A stretch of DNA of 64,000 nt, taken from contig CAVTTE010000013.1 of assembly GCA_963737605.1 (NCBI GenBank), forward strand, positions 75,282 through 139,281, read 5' to 3'. A program made the translations under genes and the position numbers. Numbering within the stretch: position 1 is the stretch's first letter; each line of letters begins with the position of its first letter. This stretch comes from an uncultured Actinomycetes bacterium (GTDB taxonomy: Bacteria > Actinomycetota > Acidimicrobiia > IMCC26256 > JACDBD01). Shown one piece after another: positions 62,347 to 64,000 of the stretch. The notes under the pieces were generated by a model. The model was given only the letters and a program-made list of their open reading frames with translations. It ran no database searches and was not told where the DNA came from.

Positions 62347-64000
62347 TCGCGATTGCGACGCGGTGATCGTCGGCAGCGGCCCGGCGGGTGCGACCGCGGC
62401 CGACGTGCTGACGGCGGCGGGCTGGTCGGTGATCATGCTCGAGAAGGGCCGCAACCACCTGCTCCGGCTCGAGCCGCCGTTCGCGCCGACGGGCGACGAT
62501 CAGCAACGACGAGATCAAGTTCATGCAGCGGCACTTCCTCGGCCCCGACCCGCTGCTCGAGCCGCGCACGTTCCGCCGCTCGGTCGAGGACGGCGATCGA
62601 GCCTTCACCGGCGACGTGAACAACCTGCCGTCGACGGTCGGCGGCGGCGGCTTCCACGCCGACGGCAAGCTGCCGCGCTTCCGGGAGGTCGACTTCCGCG
62701 CCCGCACCGAGCTCGGCCCGATCGACGGCGCCGACGTCGTCGACTGGCCGCTCGACTACGACGAGCTCGAGCCGTACTACGCCGAGGCCGAGCGCGTCGT
62801 CGGCGTGGCCGGCGATCACACCGCCAACCCGTTCGCGGCGTGGCGCTCCGGTCCGTATCCCGATGCCGCCGGGGCCCGACATGTTCTGCGCCGTGCTCAC
62901 GAGCGAGGCCGCCGACGCGGCTCGGCTACCACCCGTACCGCGCGCCGACCGGCGTGAACAGCGTCGAGTACGACGGCCGGCCGGCGTGCAACAACTGCGG
63001 CTTCTGCGGCTTCTTCGGCTGCCCGATCGACGCCAAGGGCGATCCGGTCGCGTCGCTCCGGCGCGCGCTGCGCACCGGTCGGTGCGAGATCCGCCCCGAG
63101 TCCTACGTGCGCGACGTCGTGCTCGACCGCACCGGGCGCCAGGCCCGCGGCGTCCGGTACCTCGACAGCGCGCAGCACGAGCACGAGGTGAGCGCCGGCC
63201 ATGTGGTGCTCGCGGGTGGCGCGTTCGAGACCCCGCGCCTGCTGCTGCGCAGCGGCATCGGCAATCCCGACGTCGTCGGCCGCTACCTCATGTTCCACTT
63301 CCAGACGCTCGTGCTCGGCATCTTCCCGTTCCGGCTGCACGCGCACCGCGGCCGGGCCGTGACGCACTGATGGACGATCCGATGATCCCGGACGCGGCGG
63401 CGTCCCGCGCCGCGCAGGGAGCCGGCCTCCCCTACTTCCGCGGCGGGATCGTCGAGCACGGCGGGGCCGGCCAGCCGATCATCGAGGCGATCCACCTGCC
63501 GCCCGGTGAGCTCCACTCCGCAGCTGATGGTCGAGTCGACGCTGCGCGACCGCATGGCGGTGTTCACGATGCAGGGCGAGGATCTCCCCCAGGCCACGAA
63601 CCGGGTCGACCTCGACCCGCACGTACGCGACGTGTGGGGATCACCGGCGGGACGGGTGACGTACACGCCCCACCGCCACGAGGTCGCGTGCGCCGAGCAC
63701 TGGGCGCCACGCTTCGAAGCCGTCATGCGCGACGCCGGCGCCGATACCGCGTTCTGGGTGACGTCGCCGCCCCGACCCGGAACCGAGTTCGAGGCGATGG
63801 ATCCCACGCCCATCTCGCGCCACGTCATGGGGACGGCGCGGATGGGCGACGACCCGCGCACGAGCGTCTTCGACCGGTGGCAGCGCCTCCACGACGTCGA
63901 GAACGTGCTGTGCACCGACTCGTCGGTGTTCCCGACGTCGACGGGCTACGGACCGACGCTCACGATCGTGGCGCTGGCGATGCGGGCGTGCAGTGCCCTC
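62339..64000 (+). CDS. GMC-family flavoprotein oxidoreductase (frameshifted; runs off the window end)
   Basis: IVGSGPAG, VGGG, WPLDYDELEPYY, CNNCGFCGFFGC, ETPRLLLRS, HVMGTARMG, PTLTIVALA. Confidence 0.9.

Noticed and set aside
63368-63370. TGA in the GMC gene as selenocysteine or readthrough
   Set aside because: The coding sequence resumes in a different frame (LMDDP...), consistent with a single-base deletion.
1-64000. CRISPR array, IS elements, rRNA, programmed frameshifts
   Set aside because: No regularly spaced repeats, transposase motifs or rRNA-like sequence seen; frameshifts are scattered with no slippery-site pattern.

Overview
High-GC (roughly 70% by eye) bacterial DNA whose gene content suggests an actinobacterium, probably Acidimicrobiia-like (inference). 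It looks like an imperfectly polished long-read assembly: many genes are broken by single-base indels, mostly at ~1-20 kb, ~31-40.7 kb and ~56.4-64 kb, so many gene ends are approximate and no pseudogene calls are made. Content in order: a secreted Gly-rich protein with a structured 5' leader, a polyprenol-phosphate-sugar/GT-C glycosylation cluster, and many lipid/CoA catabolic genes (two acyl-CoA dehydrogenase pairs, three thiolase-DUF35 modules, CoA transferase, enoyl-CoA hydratases, SDR). It also holds a monoderm-type Tad/Flp pilus locus with a divergent BldC/Xis-like HTH gene, a small type II toxin-antitoxin-like pair, tRNA-Cys(GCA), a run of secreted hydrolases and beta-propellers plus a ceramidase-like gene, and a heme-oxygenase-like diiron enzyme divergent from a hydantoinase B/A + GMC dehydrogenase operon. 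The most notable unexplained signals are: (i) a perfect TGACA-N4-TGTCA palindrome found three times, each in a promoter region of a catabolic operon; (ii) a pseudoknot-capable candidate leader RNA at ~405-595; (iii) the diiron enzyme/ATP-dependent amidohydrolase/GMC cluster. No CRISPR array, rRNA, integrase or transposase was seen.
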